In this document: positions 42,245 through 54,139 of the stretch, one piece after another
Layout of the letters: every line of letters starts with the position of its first letter
How positions within the stretch are numbered: position 1 is the stretch's first letter
From: an uncultured Rhodobacterales bacterium
GTDB lineage: Bacteria; Pseudomonadota; Alphaproteobacteria; Rhodobacterales; Rhodobacteraceae
Length of the DNA stretch: 64,000 bases
Direction: 5' to 3'
NCBI GenBank assembly: GCA_964575795.1
Contig: CAZNSP010000014.1
Location: 22,886-86,885 of the forward strand
Position numbers and translations under genes: made by a program
Notes under the pieces: model-generated
What the model saw: only the letters and a program-made list of their open reading frames with translations
What the model was told of the DNA's origin: nothing
The model's database searches: none

Positions 42245-42718
42245 ATGACCCACTACGACTACAAGGTGATCCCGGCCCCGCGCCGTCTGAAGAAGGTCAA
42301 GGGAATCAAGGACACCACGGAACTCTTCGTCCACACCCTGACCGACGCGATCAACGAGATGGCCCGTGACGGCTGGGAATACGTTCGCGCCGAACAACTA
42401 TCCGCCGAAGAACACCACGGCTGGTTTCGCCGCAGTACTGAAGTCATTCAGACCGTCATGATCTTTCGTCGTGAGCGTTCGGACCTCCCCGGCCCGCGCC
42501 TCACCGCGACCGAGCCCGAAACACCCGCGGCACGCCGCCTCCCCGACCCCGTCCGCCGCGACCCGCACCCCCGCGAACCCCAACGCCCGTTGACCGAACG
42601 CCCCCACGCCGCCCCGACGCCACGTCCAACTGCCCCCCGCGCCGAGCCAAGGATTGGCGAGGCATCGGGTGCGCCCCTCCGACCCACCCCGCGCCTCGGC
42701 CCCGCCGACAACCCCTGA
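42245..42718 (+). CDS. DUF4177-like protein with Pro/Arg-rich tail
   Basis: YDYKVIPAP...INEMARDGWEYVRAE. Confidence 0.75.
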   Translation: MTHYDYKVIPAPRRLKKVKGIKDTTELFVHTLTDAINEMARDGWEYVRAEQLSAEEHHGWFRRSTEVIQTVMIFRRERSDLPGPRLTATEPETPAARRLPDPVRRDPHPREPQRPLTERPHAAPTPRPTAPRAEPRIGEASGAPLRPTPRLGPADNP

Positions 42719-42724
42719 CGCGGC

Positions 42725-42982
42725 TCACGAAGGCGCGGTCAGCTCCAGGGCCAAGGCATGGATACTACTGGATAATTCCGCCTCCAGCGCCCGATGCACG
42801 GCCCGGCTGCGTTCCACCCGGCTCATCCCGGCCAGCGCAGCCGACCGCATCACCACCCGGAAATGCGTCTCGCCCCCTTCCCGCCAGCCTGCGTGACCAC
42901 GGTGACGCTCGCTCTCGTCGACGACCTCGAGATGCTCCGGCGCGAAGGCCGCGGTCAGTTTTTCCCGGATCGTCTCTTCCAT
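42725..42982 (-). CDS. bolA: BolA family protein
   Basis: VVDES.RH.GH, GETHF, IHALAL. Confidence 0.9.
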   Translation of the reverse strand: MEETIREKLTAAFAPEHLEVVDESERHRGHAGWREGGETHFRVVMRSAALAGMSRVERSRAVHRALEAELSSSIHALALELTAPS

Positions 42983-43029
42983 CGGTTTGCGTTTCTCGAT
43001 CAAGTCACCACCTCGCTGCATGATCCCTA

Positions 43030-43057
43030 TTGGCCCTCGCGTTCCAGACGATACAAT
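43030..43057 (+). promoter_or_regulatory. Candidate sigma70 promoter of the J-domain gene
   Basis: TTGGCC-N16-TACAAT. Confidence 0.45.
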
Positions 43058-43080
43058 CACCGACCCGAGTCGAAAAAATC

Positions 43081-43740
43081 ATGCCCCGTCGTCCACCTTT
43101 CGAATTCGACATCTCCGTTGCCGCCGACAAGAAGCGCCGCGCGCGCGGGCGCGGCTTGTCCGGCGCCGTGGAGAGCTCGAGCCGGGTCTGCTCCAGGGCC
43201 GGCTGCAACCGGCCCGGGAAGTACCGCGCCCCGATGTCGCCCGAGGTCCTGAACGAATTCAGGTGGTTCTGCCTCGAGCACGTGCGCGAGTACAACCTGA
43301 AATGGAACTTTTTCGAGGGCCAGTCCGAGGAAGAGCTTGAGCGGCAGTTCGCGGCCGACCGCGTCTGGGAACGTCGCACGCGGCCTTTCTCCGGCACCAC
43401 CGAAGACCGGCAGCCGCATTCCGACGGCAAGGCCTGGCAGCGTTTCGGCTTCGACGACCCTCTGGAGCTTCTGGGCAGCAAGGGCACGCTGAATCCGGGG
43501 ACGCCCCGCGCCGAAGGCAGCCGCCCACAACGCCGCCTTCCTCCGACCGAGCGGCGTGCTCTCGAAATCCTCGAGGCGCAGGACGGCCAGACGAAGGCCG
43601 AGATCCGCAAGCAATACAAGGCATTGGTCAAGGACCTCCATCCCGACATGAATGGAGGACGACGCGACGACGAGGCGCGCCTCGCCGAAGTCGTCTGGGC
43701 CTGGGAACAGATCAGGGCGAGCCGAAGCTTCCCTGACTGA
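43081..43740 (+). CDS. J-domain (DnaJ-family) co-chaperone
   Basis: N-terminal C..AGC...WFCLEH motif; C-terminal HPD. Confidence 0.88.
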   Translation: MPRRPPFEFDISVAADKKRRARGRGLSGAVESSSRVCSRAGCNRPGKYRAPMSPEVLNEFRWFCLEHVREYNLKWNFFEGQSEEELERQFAADRVWERRTRPFSGTTEDRQPHSDGKAWQRFGFDDPLELLGSKGTLNPGTPRAEGSRPQRRLPPTERRALEILEAQDGQTKAEIRKQYKALVKDLHPDMNGGRRDDEARLAEVVWAWEQIRASRSFPD

Positions 43741-43849
43741 GCCTATCTTCGTCCCGCGGACCCTGCTCACCTTGCAACCCGGGGGGATTTGCGACACATA
43801 CCGCGAAGGCGGCTCGAAGATGTTACCGCCTCGGAAAAGGCAGACGGCA

Positions 43850-44836
43850 ATGGCTGACGGCGCATTGGACATGGCAGCGGAACCCACCGTGGATCTCGGC
43901 GTGCGCGATCTTTTCGGGATCGACAGCGACCTGACGGTCAAGGGATTTGCCGAGCGCAGCGACCGGGTGCCGGACATCGATCCCACCTACCGTTTCGATC
44001 GCGATACCACTTTGGCGATCCTCGCCGGTTTCGCCCACAACCGCCGGGTACTGATCCAAGGCTACCATGGCACCGGCAAGTCGACACATATCGAACAGGT
44101 GGCGGCGAGGCTGAACTGGCCTTGTGTGCGCATCAACCTGGACAGCCACATCAGCCGCATCGACCTGATCGGCAAGGACGCGATCAAGCTGCGCGACGGC
44201 GTGCAGGTGACCGAGTTCCAGGAGGGGATCCTGCCCTGGGCCCTGCGCAATCCCGTGGCGATCGTCTTCGACGAATACGATGCGGGACGACCGGACGTCA
44301 TGTTCGTGATCCAGCGCGTTCTCGAGGTCGACGGCAAGCTGACCCTGCTCGACCAGAACAAGGTGATCAAGCCGCACCCCTATTTCCGGCTCTTCGCGAC
44401 CGCGAACACGGTGGGGCTCGGCGACACGACCGGACTCTACCATGGCACCCAGCAGATCAACCAGGGCCAGATGGATCGCTGGAACCTCGTGGTGACACTC
44501 AACTACCTGCCCCATGACGCCGAGGCGGAGATCGTCCTGGCGAAGTACCCGGAGTATGGCACCCCGGAGGGGCGGAAGACGGTCAGTCGCATGGTCACCG
44601 TCGCGGACCTGACCCGCTCCGCCTTCATGAACGGCGATCTCTCGACCGTGATGTCCCCCCGCACCGTCCTGGCCTGGGCCGAGAACGCCCGGATCTTCGG
44701 CGACGTCGGCTTCGCCTTCCGCCTGACCTTCCTGAACAAGTGCGACGAACTGGAGCGGCAGACCGTGGCCGAGTTCTACCAGCGCTGCTTCGACAAGGAA
44801 CTGCCGGAAAGCGCGGTCTCACTCAGTCTGGGCTAG
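43850..44836 (+). CDS. cobS: Cobaltochelatase subunit CobS (AAA+)
   Basis: [29 protein letters not shown]. Confidence 0.93.
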   Translation: MADGALDMAAEPTVDLGVRDLFGIDSDLTVKGFAERSDRVPDIDPTYRFDRDTTLAILAGFAHNRRVLIQGYHGTGKSTHIEQVAARLNWPCVRINLDSHISRIDLIGKDAIKLRDGVQVTEFQEGILPWALRNPVAIVFDEYDAGRPDVMFVIQRVLEVDGKLTLLDQNKVIKPHPYFRLFATANTVGLGDTTGLYHGTQQINQGQMDRWNLVVTLNYLPHDAEAEIVLAKYPEYGTPEGRKTVSRMVTVADLTRSAFMNGDLSTVMSPRTVLAWAENARIFGDVGFAFRLTFLNKCDELERQTVAEFYQRCFDKELPESAVSLSLG

Positions 44837-46732
44837 ATGACAAGGCCGCCGGACAATCCCGCCGAGCCTTTCAAGAAGGCGCTGGCCGAAGCCACCAAGG
44901 CGCTCGCCGGTCAGCCGGACCTGACGGTGGCCTATTCGGTCGATCCGTCCGGATACTCGAGGGAATCGCTGCGCCTGCCCCAGATCACCCGTCGGATGAC
45001 GCGTGACGAGGTGATGCTCGCCCGCGGCACGGCCGATGCCTATGCGCTTCGCCTGCGCTTTCACGATGACGCCACGCACCGGCGCTACACGCCGAGCGGC
45101 GAGACGGCCGTGGCGCTTTTCGAGGCGCTCGAGACTGCCCGGTGCGAAGCCATCGGGGCCCGGGCCATGCCGGGGACCGCTGCCAACATCGACGCCAAGA
45201 TCGCGGACGAGGCCCGACGGCTCGGCTTTGCCGAGATAACCGATGCCTCGCGGGCGCCATTGGCCCAGGCCGCCGGCTATTTCGTCCGACATCTCTCGAC
45301 CGGACGACCGCTCCCCCCCGGCGCTCATAACGTGATGGAGCTCTGGCGGGGCTTTCTCGAGTCGCATGCCGGAAACACCTTCGACCGTCTCGAATCCGTC
45401 CTGGACGACCAGCAGGCATTCGCGCGCTTCGCCCGGCAATTGATCGAGGACCTCGGCTATGGCGATCAGCTGGGCGAGGATCCGGACGCCGAAGAGCCCG
45501 GGGCCGAGGAGGACGAGGGTACGGAGGCCGAGCAGGACCAGGAACAGTCCGAGGGGGGCGACGAACAGCAATCGACCGACTCCGACGGACCTCAGGACAC
45601 TTCCTCTGACCGCCAGTTGGACCCGCAGCAGCTCCAGGCCGCAATGGAAGAGGCCGACGCGACCGATGTCGCGGAAGAAGTGGAAGTCGAGGACGGCCAA
45701 TCCCCCGAAGATCGCGCGCCACCTCCCCGCTCCGAGGCAGATCCGGCCTACAAGGTCTTTTCCACGAAGTTCGATGAAGAGATCGCCGCCGACGAACTCG
45801 CCGATCCGGCGGAGCTGGAGCGTCTGAGGACGTATCTCGATCAGCAGCTGGAGCCCCTGAAAGGCGCGGTCTCGCGACTGGCCAACCGCCTGATGCGACG
45901 TCTGCAGGCCCAACAGAATCGCGCGTGGGAGTTCGATCTCGAGGAAGGCACCCTCGATGCCGGGCGCCTCGCGCGTGTCGTCGCCAATCCCATGACGCCG
46001 CTTAGTTTCAAGCGCGAGCGCGAGACGGATTTCCGGGATACGGTGGTGACCCTGCTGCTCGACAACTCGGGTTCCATGCGCGGGCGTCCGATATCGATCG
46101 CGGCGATCTGTGCGGACGTGCTCGCGCGCACACTCGAGCGTTGTCAGGTAAAGGTCGAGATCCTCGGCTTCACTACCCGAGCATGGAAGGGCGGGCAGTC
46201 GCGGGAGACGTGGCTCGCCGCGCACAGGCCGAGCCTCCCCGGGCGCCTGAACGACCTCAGGCACATCATCTACAAGCCCGCTGACGCGCCCTGGCGCCGG
46301 TCGCGCCGGAACCTCGGGCTCATGATGAAGGAAGGACTTCTGAAGGAGAACATCGACGGGGAAGCGCTCGAATGGGCGCACCGCAGGCTTGCGACCCGCC
46401 CGGAGTCGCGGCGCATCCTGATGGTGATCTCCGACGGGGCCCCGGTCGACGATTCGACCCTGTCGGTGAACCCCGCAAACTTTCTGGAGAAGCATCTGCG
46501 CGACGTCATCGCCATGATCGAACGACGGGGCGCCGTCGAACTTGTCGCGATCGGCATCGGGCACGACGTGACGCGATACTATCAGCGTGCCGTCACCATC
46601 ACCGACGTGGAACAACTGGCGGGCGTCATGACCGAGCAACTGGCCTCCCTGTTCGACAACGATCCCGTGCGGATCGTTCGCCAGCAGAGACGGCGATCGT
46701 CAGCCGGAATTGCCGCGGGTGTGCGGGCATAG
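44837..46732 (+). CDS. cobT: Cobaltochelatase subunit CobT
   Basis: Acidic linker; vWA MIDAS motif LDNSGSMRG; KENIDGEAL; directly follows cobS. Confidence 0.93.
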   Translation: MTRPPDNPAEPFKKALAEATKALAGQPDLTVAYSVDPSGYSRESLRLPQITRRMTRDEVMLARGTADAYALRLRFHDDATHRRYTPSGETAVALFEALETARCEAIGARAMPGTAANIDAKIADEARRLGFAEITDASRAPLAQAAGYFVRHLSTGRPLPPGAHNVMELWRGFLESHAGNTFDRLESVLDDQQAFARFARQLIEDLGYGDQLGEDPDAEEPGAEEDEGTEAEQDQEQSEGGDEQQSTDSDGPQDTSSDRQLDPQQLQAAMEEADATDVAEEVEVEDGQSPEDRAPPPRSEADPAYKVFSTKFDEEIAADELADPAELERLRTYLDQQLEPLKGAVSRLANRLMRRLQAQQNRAWEFDLEEGTLDAGRLARVVANPMTPLSFKRERETDFRDTVVTLLLDNSGSMRGRPISIAAICADVLARTLERCQVKVEILGFTTRAWKGGQSRETWLAAHRPSLPGRLNDLRHIIYKPADAPWRRSRRNLGLMMKEGLLKENIDGEALEWAHRRLATRPESRRILMVISDGAPVDDSTLSVNPANFLEKHLRDVIAMIERRGAVELVAIGIGHDVTRYYQRAVTITDVEQLAGVMTEQLASLFDNDPVRIVRQQRRRSSAGIAAGVRA

Positions 46733-46780
46733 TGCCGCAACGCATGGATCGATCCTCCCCAAAACGGAAGCACATGCGCG

Positions 46781-48583
46781 ATGTTTCAGACCTTCGAGGA
46801 CAAGTCTGACCCGGCCGCAAGCGCGGAGCGCATCTATGCGCTGCGCGCGCTCATGCGGGCCCGGAACATCGACGTCTTTCTGGTCCCACGTTCCGATGCC
46901 CATCAGGGCGAGAACGTGGCCCCCCGGGACGAGAGACTGGCCTGGCTGACCGGGTTCACCGGCTCCGCCGGCTACTCCATCGTTGCGGTGGACGACGCTG
47001 CAATCTTCGTCGACGGTCGTTACCAGCTCCAGGTCAGGAACCAGGTCGACCCCAAGCTCTTCGCCATAAGGAAGCACCCCGATGAACGGGCCGCCGACTG
47101 GATCCGGCAGAAGGTCCGCAATGGTGCCACGGTCGGGTTCGACCCATGGCTCCACACCGCCGAACAGATCGAGGAGTTGCGGACCGCGCTCGCACCGGAC
47201 GGCATCGCCCTCAAGCCCGTCGCGAACCTCATCGACGAGGTCTGGTCCGATCAACCTGCCCCGCCCGCTGCCCCCATCGTCGTGCATCCGAACGCGCTGG
47301 CCGGTCGAAGCTCGTCCGACAAGCGGGAAAGTCTCGCCGCCGAACTGGCGAAAGACGGGATATCGGCAGCGATACTGACGCTGCCGGATTCGCTTTCTTG
47401 GCTGCTGAACATCCGGGGGAGCGACGTCGCCAGGACACCCTCCGTGGCGGCCGCCGCCATACTGCACAACAACGGGCGCGTGGACCTCTTCTGCAATTCC
47501 GCGAAACTGGATGAAGGTGCCCGGCATCATCTCGGAGCCGATGTGACACTGCATGAACCGGAGGCGTTCGGTTCACATCTGGATGGACTGTCCGGCAAAG
47601 TCGCCGTCGACCGCCGGACCGCGCCGCTCTGGGTATCCGAGCGGCTCCGGAACCGGGGTACCGAAGTCGTCTGGCGTCCGGACCCCTGCATCCTGCCAAA
47701 GGCCTGCAAGACGCAGGAGGAGATCGCCGGGGCGCGGAACGCGCATCTGAGGGACGGTGCCGCTGTCATCGAGTTCCTCGTCTGGCTCGACGCGGAACGG
47801 GGATCGAAGGACCTGACGGAGATCGACCTCGTCAAGCGCCTCGAGCAAGCGAGAGCTGCGTCGGGCGAATTGAAGGATCTCGCCTTCGACACGATCTGCG
47901 GATCCGGACCGAACGGGGCGATCGTGCACTATCGGGTGACCGAAGCGACAAACAGGGCGATCAGGGACGGCGACATCGTCCTGATCGACAGTGGCGCGCA
48001 ATATCGGGACGGAACGACAGACATCACGCGGACCCTGGCGTTCGGGGAACCCTCGGCCGCAGCGATCCGGCCCTACACTCTAGTGCTCAAGGGCCTGATC
48101 GCCCTGTCCCGCCTGCGCTTTCCCGAAGGTTGCAGCGGCCGGGACATCGACGCCATTGCCCGCCAGGACCTGTGGCGGGCGGGCTTCGACTTCGATCACG
48201 GGACCGGCCACGGGGTCGGTTCCTTCCTGTCGGTTCACGAGGGACCCCAAGGCATCTCCCGCCGCAGCATGGAGCCCCTGCGAGCCGGAATGATCGTCTC
48301 GAACGAACCCGGCTACTACCGCGAGCATGCATTCGGGGTGCGCCTCGAGAATCTTCTCCTCATCCGGGAGCCCGAGAAGACCGATGGTGGCGACAGGGCG
48401 ATGCTTTCCTTCGAGACCCTCACCCTCGTTCCCTTCGACCGCCGCCTGATCGACCCGACCCTTCTGACAACCGAAGAGACCGAATGGCTGGATTCCTATC
48501 ACCGCCGGGTCTTTGAAGCACACCGTTCCAGCCTGTCGGGCGAGGCTGCCGATTGGCTCGGGGCCGCCTGCGAGCCGATCTGA
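46781..48583 (+). CDS. Aminopeptidase P (M24B) family protein
   Basis: IDSGAQYRDGTTDITR, HGTGHGVG, HEGP, SNEPG. Confidence 0.93.
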   Translation: MFQTFEDKSDPAASAERIYALRALMRARNIDVFLVPRSDAHQGENVAPRDERLAWLTGFTGSAGYSIVAVDDAAIFVDGRYQLQVRNQVDPKLFAIRKHPDERAADWIRQKVRNGATVGFDPWLHTAEQIEELRTALAPDGIALKPVANLIDEVWSDQPAPPAAPIVVHPNALAGRSSSDKRESLAAELAKDGISAAILTLPDSLSWLLNIRGSDVARTPSVAAAAILHNNGRVDLFCNSAKLDEGARHHLGADVTLHEPEAFGSHLDGLSGKVAVDRRTAPLWVSERLRNRGTEVVWRPDPCILPKACKTQEEIAGARNAHLRDGAAVIEFLVWLDAERGSKDLTEIDLVKRLEQARAASGELKDLAFDTICGSGPNGAIVHYRVTEATNRAIRDGDIVLIDSGAQYRDGTTDITRTLAFGEPSAAAIRPYTLVLKGLIALSRLRFPEGCSGRDIDAIARQDLWRAGFDFDHGTGHGVGSFLSVHEGPQGISRRSMEPLRAGMIVSNEPGYYREHAFGVRLENLLLIREPEKTDGGDRAMLSFETLTLVPFDRRLIDPTLLTTEETEWLDSYHRRVFEAHRSSLSGEAADWLGAACEPI

Positions 48584-48616
48584 GAGCCTTCCGACGCCTG
48601 TCCTTCCCCGCCGGAT

Positions 48617-50290
48617 CTACTCCGACAGCAGCTGACGGGCCGCCTCCCTGACGGCCTCGGTCACCTGACCGCCTGCCACCATGCGCGAGATTTCGTCGAC
48701 CCTCTGTGACCGGTCCAGGGCGACGATGTCCAATCGCTCACCCTCGGCCCCGTGGAGCCGCCTCACCGCAAGATGACGATCGGCGCGTGCAGCGACCTGA
48801 GCCGAGTGCGTCACGACGATCACCTGTCCGGATCGGGACAATCTCTGCAAGCGGTTCGCCACCGCCTCGGCCGTGATCCCGCCGACGCCCCGGTCGATCT
48901 CGTCGAAGACCATCGTCAGATTGCTGGACCGTCGCGAGAGACAAACCTTGAGCGCGAGCATCAGGCGCGACAATTCTCCGCCCGAAGCGACCTTGCCGAT
49001 CGGCCCGGGCGCAAGATCGGCTATGGTCGAGACACAAAAGCTCACGCTATCGACGCCATCCGGTCCCGGCTCGCTGCTGGCGACCCGTGTCTCGAACCTC
49101 GCCCTTTCGAGGCGCAGCTGCGCCAGTTCCTCGGCCACGGCACGATCCAGCCGCGAGGCGCCCTCCCTCCGGGCATCCGAGAGATGCCCCGCCACTTCCT
49201 CGTATCGCCGGCGTGCGTCACTGGCCGCTTCTTCCATTGCGGCGATCCGACCGTCGGCATCCTCGTACGCGAGCAGCCTTTCCCGGTACTCGGCAGCGAC
49301 CTTCCAGAGTTCGTCGGGAGACACCTGGTGCTTTCGGGCGAGCCCTCGAATGGCAAACAGGCGCTCCTCGATCGACTGGAGCTCGTCCGGATCGACACCG
49401 ACAAGGTTCAGGCATTCGCCGACCGCGCTCTGGACTTCCGCAAGTTCGTCGAGGATGCGATTCAGCCCTCCGATGGACCGATCCAGTTCGCTGAGGATCT
49501 GCCCCTCACTCGCGATGTCGGGCTGTTGTGCCGCGTTCTCCAGCGCCTTCAACGCCTCGAGTGCATTCAGCTCGATACCTTCGGTTCCCACAAAGACGGA
49601 GGCTCGTTCGATCGCCGACCGAATACGCTCCATCGCCTTGATCGCTCGACGCCGCAGCTCGAGAGCTGCCACCTCGTCCGGTCGGGGATCGAGCTTGGTG
49701 AGTTCTTCCACCGCGTGGGTGAGATACTCGGCTTCGCGCCTGACTTCGCTGCGGGCTGCAAGGGCCGCCTCGAGCGCGTTCTGCCGCTCCTGGAGCGTTC
49801 GCCAGGCAGCGCGTGTCGCGGCAACGGGTCCGTCGAGTTCAGCGAACGTATCCAGAAGCGAGCGGTGGCGCCGCTCGTCCATCAGGCCTCTGTCGTCCTG
49901 CTGTCCATGCAGCTCGACCAGGACCTCGGAAAGCAGCTTGAGGGTGTCCGCCGTTACCCTGCGGTCGTTGACATAAGCCTGCCGGCGTCCGTCGGAGGAC
50001 AGGGTCCGCCGGATCATCAGTTCTTCGCCGGGAGGTACGCCGACCGACTCGAGGATACCGGCGACAGGGTGATCGGGCGGCGGAACGAATACGGCCAGCG
50101 CCTCGCCCTGCTCCGCACCGTGTCGAACCTTCAGCGCCCGGTTCTGCCAACCGAGGACGAAGCCGAGGCATTCGAGCAGGACCGACTTTCCGGCGCCGGT
50201 CTCACCAGTGATGACATTCAGACTGCTGCTGAAGGCGACTTCCAGCGACTCGACCAGGAACAGGTCCCGGATGCTCAGTGTGCGCAGCAC
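48617..50290 (-). CDS. recN: DNA repair protein RecN
   Basis: GTG start (LRTLSIRD); GETGAGKS, SGGELSR, FDEID, THSAQVA. Confidence 0.93.
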   Translation of the reverse strand: MLRTLSIRDLFLVESLEVAFSSSLNVITGETGAGKSVLLECLGFVLGWQNRALKVRHGAEQGEALAVFVPPPDHPVAGILESVGVPPGEELMIRRTLSSDGRRQAYVNDRRVTADTLKLLSEVLVELHGQQDDRGLMDERRHRSLLDTFAELDGPVAATRAAWRTLQERQNALEAALAARSEVRREAEYLTHAVEELTKLDPRPDEVAALELRRRAIKAMERIRSAIERASVFVGTEGIELNALEALKALENAAQQPDIASEGQILSELDRSIGGLNRILDELAEVQSAVGECLNLVGVDPDELQSIEERLFAIRGLARKHQVSPDELWKVAAEYRERLLAYEDADGRIAAMEEAASDARRRYEEVAGHLSDARREGASRLDRAVAEELAQLRLERARFETRVASSEPGPDGVDSVSFCVSTIADLAPGPIGKVASGGELSRLMLALKVCLSRRSSNLTMVFDEIDRGVGGITAEAVANRLQRLSRSGQVIVVTHSAQVAARADRHLAVRRLHGAEGERLDIVALDRSQRVDEISRMVAGGQVTEAVREAARQLLSE

Positions 50291-50312
50291 GGATGCACCC
50301 TCCGAGCGTGCG

Positions 50313-51140
50313 TCAGAGCCACTGCCCTCGCACGACCTGGCGATAGACCTGGGTGAGCCAGCTTTCGCCCACATCCTCGGGACGGAGGCCCTGCCCGGTC
50401 AGCAGGATGTAGGTATCCTGATACCAGTCGGAACCCTGGAAGTTGTAGCCGAGGATCGCGCCCGCGGTCTGCGCTTCCGACACGAGGCCCAGCGAGAGAT
50501 AGGATTCTACAAGACGGTGAAGCGCCTCAGGCGTGTGGTCGGTGGTCTGATATTCTTCAACGACGACACGGAACCGGTTGATCGCGGCCGCATAGTGGCC
50601 GCGTTTCAGATAGTATCTCCCGACTTCCATCTCCTTGCCGGCCAGATGGTTGAGTGTCAGCTCGAACTTCATCTCGGCCGATTTTGCATACTCGCTGTCC
50701 GGGTAGCGTTCGATGATGTCCCGCAGCTCCTGCAGTGCATCGAATGTATTTCGCTGGTCCCGGCTCACGTCCACGATCTGATCGTAGTAGCTCAGGGCCA
50801 CCAGGAACTGCGCGTAGGGAGCGTCCACATCGGCGGGGAAGAAGTCCAGGTACCGATTGGCCGCCGCGCGGCTCTCGGCGTACAGACTTCCCTCGTGATA
50901 GGCGAACGCTGACATCAGCATCGCCCTCTTGGCCCACTCAGAATACGGATAAAGGCGCTCCACCTCGGAGAACTGCTCCCCCGCCTCCCTCGGCCTTCCG
51001 GCAGCGAGGAGCGCCTCCGCGCCGAGATAGATCTCCTCGGGCGAGCGGGATTCGATCGGAGCTTCGCGGGTTCCGCCCCCGCAGCCGGCGAGGGAAATGA
51101 GGAGTGCAATCCAAAGGCCTTTGATTGCTCCCCGCCACAT
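50313..51140 (-). CDS. bamD: Outer-membrane assembly lipoprotein BamD
   Basis: Lipobox LAGC; TPR helices; EMEVGRYY; between lpxC and recN. Confidence 0.92.
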   Translation of the reverse strand: MWRGAIKGLWIALLISLAGCGGGTREAPIESRSPEEIYLGAEALLAAGRPREAGEQFSEVERLYPYSEWAKRAMLMSAFAYHEGSLYAESRAAANRYLDFFPADVDAPYAQFLVALSYYDQIVDVSRDQRNTFDALQELRDIIERYPDSEYAKSAEMKFELTLNHLAGKEMEVGRYYLKRGHYAAAINRFRVVVEEYQTTDHTPEALHRLVESYLSLGLVSEAQTAGAILGYNFQGSDWYQDTYILLTGQGLRPEDVGESWLTQVYRQVVRGQWL

Positions 51141-51256
51141 AGCCGAACACCTTCAATCTATCCGTTCAAGCCGACTGGAACGACGGCGGCATGATCAGTT
51201 AGCACATCCCGTCAGACCCCGACAACGGGTGTCGCGGCGACCATATGTCAGGGGCC

Positions 51257-52174
51257 TCAGGCAGTCCGACGGAGTTCCATGTCGACTGCACCCGCTCCCG
51301 GAAGGGACCTGGCCAGCTTCCGGTCGACCTGGACGATCCGCCGCGCATCGGGAGTCGCGAACAATTTCCGCAGAAGCCTGTTCGTGGCTCCGTGACCAGC
51401 GCGCACGCCCTTGTAGAGACCGATGATCGGCATGCCCGCAAGCGCGAGATCTCCGACGGCGTCGAGCATCTTGTGCCGAACGAATTCGTCGGACCGACGC
51501 AGCCCACCGGGATTGAGGACGCGATCACCGTCCACCACGATCGCATTCTCTAGCGACCCGCCCAGCGCGAGGCCGGCCTGCTGCATCATCTCGACGTCCG
51601 CGCGCCGGCAGAACGTCCGGCAATCGGCCAGTTCGTGAACGAAGGTACCGTTGACGATCTCGAACGACTGGCTCTGGCTACCGATGGCCGCGTCCGGGAA
51701 CTCGATCCGGAAGTCGACCCGGAACTCTGGCGCCGGCAGCAGCTCCGCCCGGACGTCGCCGTCCACGAACGCAACCGGCTTCACGATTTCGAGCGCCATC
51801 AGTGGCAGTGGCAGTTCACGAATTCCCGCACGCTCTATCGCCTTGACGAAGCGCTTCGCACTTCCGTCCATGATCGGCACTTCCGGGCCGTCGAGATCCA
51901 CGATCGCATTGTGCACACCGCATCCGGCGAATGCCGCCATCACGTGCTCGACCGTCGAAACCGAAACGCCGGCATGGTTCGTCAACTGGGTGCAAAGGGT
52001 CGTATCGCTCACCAGCGAATACTCCGCAGGAACGACGTTGTCGCGATCGGCAACATCCACCCGTCTGAACCTGATACCGGAATGCTCGGCCGGCCGGATC
52101 ACCATGCGCACGGGACGCCCCGAGTGAAGCCCGGTGCCGACCAGTGTCACATCACGTCTCAGGGTCGTCTGCAT
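51257..52174 (-). CDS. lpxC: UDP-3-O-acyl-GlcNAc deacetylase
   Basis: GTGLHSG, TVEH, HKMLDAVGDL. Confidence 0.96.
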   Translation of the reverse strand: MQTTLRRDVTLVGTGLHSGRPVRMVIRPAEHSGIRFRRVDVADRDNVVPAEYSLVSDTTLCTQLTNHAGVSVSTVEHVMAAFAGCGVHNAIVDLDGPEVPIMDGSAKRFVKAIERAGIRELPLPLMALEIVKPVAFVDGDVRAELLPAPEFRVDFRIEFPDAAIGSQSQSFEIVNGTFVHELADCRTFCRRADVEMMQQAGLALGGSLENAIVVDGDRVLNPGGLRRSDEFVRHKMLDAVGDLALAGMPIIGLYKGVRAGHGATNRLLRKLFATPDARRIVQVDRKLARSLPGAGAVDMELRRTA

Positions 52175-52269
52175 ATGCCCGTTCCCAGAACCCGATCACA
52201 TTGCGAAGTTGACCGCGCAATCACGTGACCTTTTTTTGGCCTTCACGCGCGGTCTGGCTGCTCGCGTTG

Positions 52270-52298
52270 AAGATACGAACGGGCACTATCGCATTCAA
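52270..52298 (-). promoter_or_regulatory. Candidate sigma70 promoter of lpxC
   Basis: TTGAAT-N17-TATCTT on the minus strand, downstream of the ftsZ terminator. Confidence 0.55.
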
Positions 52299-52353
52299 AT
52301 CAAGCTTTATGATCGAATGCTTCAACCGCTGGCGAGGTGTATCGAGCCAAAGG

Positions 52354-52381
52354 AAAAAGGCACCCGAGTGATCGGGTGCCT
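52354..52381 (-). terminator. Rho-independent terminator of ftsZ
   Basis: Minus strand: GGCACCCGA-TCAC-TCGGGTGCC-TTTTT. Confidence 0.88.
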
Positions 52382-52421
52382 CGCGGGTTGTCAAGCAGCA
52401 CTCTTGGGGGATGCTTCCCGC

Positions 52422-53969
52422 TCAGTTGGCCTGCCGTCTGAGGAAGGCAGGTATGTCGACGCGTTCGCGCTCTGTTTGATCCAGCTGTTCGTCCCGCGGC
52501 CGGTTCGCGCGTGCGTCCGGCGCCGGTTCGGCACGGAACCGCACCGCTGCGTCGTCGCGCGTCGCATGGCCCGTCATCCGATGGATGAGACTGTTGATGG
52601 TCATCCGTCCGACCCGTTCGGAATCCCGAACCGCCGATGCGACCGGCGCGGGTGCGGCTGGCGCCTGCGGCACGTTCTCGACGGCTCTCTGCAGGCGGAG
52701 CATCGTCTCCGGCGAAGGCTCGGGGGAACGGTGCAACCTGTCCGTCTGGGCCGCAAATGGCGCTCCGCTCGCCGCCGCTTCGCCCGCATAGCGCGCGACG
52801 GTCCGCTCTTCCTCCGCTGCGACCGAGGCTTCGTCGTGCAGCTGGGCGTCCGCGAAACTGGCGGCCGGTGCAGCAACGGGCTGCGGCTCGACCACCCTGG
52901 GCTGCTCGACCGCGACCGGAGCGGGTTTCGGCTTGGGGGCAGGCGCGGCCACGGGCTCGATGATCGAGCGGCGCACCGCGACCGGTGCCGTCTCGGTCCG
53001 GGCGACGGCGTCGATCCCCGTCGCCACGACCGAGACCCGCATCATGCCGGTCATGTCCGGATCGAGGGTGGAACCGACCATGATGTTGGCATCCGGATCG
53101 ACTTCCGAGCGGATGCGGTTCGCAGCCTCGTCCAGCTCGAAGAGCGTAAGATCCGGCCCGGCGGTGATGTTGATGAGAACGCCCTTCGCCCCCTTGAGGC
53201 TGATCTCGTCGAGCAGCGGGTTGGCGATCGCCTTCTCGGCGGCCTGGACCGCGCGGTCCTCGCCGGAGGCCTCGCCCGTCCCCATCATCGCCTTGCCCAT
53301 CTCGTTCATGACCGAACGGACATCGGCGAAGTCGAGGTTGATGATACCGGGCCGGACCATGAGGTCTGTGACGCCCTTGACGCCCTGGTAGAGAACGTCG
53401 TCGGCAAGGGCAAAGGCTTCGGTGAAGGTCGTCTTTTCGTTGGCGAGACGGAACAGGTTCTGGTTCGGAATGATGATGAGGGTATCGACGTGCTCCTGCA
53501 GCGCGTCGACACCCGATTCTGCCTGCCGCATGCGGCGGGCACCCTCGAACTGGAAAGGTTTGGTCACGACGCCGACCGTCAGCACACCCATTTCACGCGC
53601 TGCCCTCGCGATGATCGGGGCAGCACCTGTGCCGGTTCCGCCGCCCATCCCGGCGGTGATGAAGCACATGTGGCAACCGGCCAGACGCTCGACGATCTCC
53701 TCGATCGACTCCTCGGCGGCAGCCGCACCCACCTCCGGACGGGCACCGGCACCCAAGCCCTCGGTCACCCGCGCGCCGAGTTGAAGCTTGTTGGTGGCCC
53801 GCGATTGCTGAAGGGCCTGTGCGTCGGTGTTGGCGACGACGAACTCGCAACCCTCGAGAGCCTTCTCGATCATGTTGTTGACCGCATTGCCCCCCGCCCC
53901 GCCGACACCGATGACGGTGATCCGCGGGCTCAGGTCGTTCGTGATGGGTATGCTCAAGTTCAAAGCCAT
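52422..53969 (-). CDS. ftsZ: Cell division protein FtsZ
   Basis: [15 protein letters not shown], long linker, C-terminal [11 protein letters not shown]. Confidence 0.98.
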   Translation of the reverse strand: MALNLSIPITNDLSPRITVIGVGGAGGNAVNNMIEKALEGCEFVVANTDAQALQQSRATNKLQLGARVTEGLGAGARPEVGAAAAEESIEEIVERLAGCHMCFITAGMGGGTGTGAAPIIARAAREMGVLTVGVVTKPFQFEGARRMRQAESGVDALQEHVDTLIIIPNQNLFRLANEKTTFTEAFALADDVLYQGVKGVTDLMVRPGIINLDFADVRSVMNEMGKAMMGTGEASGEDRAVQAAEKAIANPLLDEISLKGAKGVLINITAGPDLTLFELDEAANRIRSEVDPDANIMVGSTLDPDMTGMMRVSVVATGIDAVARTETAPVAVRRSIIEPVAAPAPKPKPAPVAVEQPRVVEPQPVAAPAASFADAQLHDEASVAAEEERTVARYAGEAAASGAPFAAQTDRLHRSPEPSPETMLRLQRAVENVPQAPAAPAPVASAVRDSERVGRMTINSLIHRMTGHATRDDAAVRFRAEPAPDARANRPRDEQLDQTERERVDIPAFLRRQAN

Positions 53970-54139
53970 GTTCTACCGCCTGTCCTCTCGTGCCCCTGCA
54001 TTTCGCCTTGATGCCTGCGCATCGCTTGATTCGAAATCGTATCCCATGACGCCACTACCGTCACGACATTTTTAGGCAGTTTCTACCATATTTAGCCTGT
54101 CTCTCAAGATCGGGTGTAACTTCAGCCCACAACCCCAAT

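Noticed and set aside
43850-46732. cobS-cobT without cobN as a novel AAA+/vWA system
   Set aside because: cobST unlinked from cobN is the usual alphaproteobacterial arrangement.
54060-54120. CtrA site upstream of ftsZ
   Set aside because: The best match has too many mismatches to TTAA-N7-TTAA.
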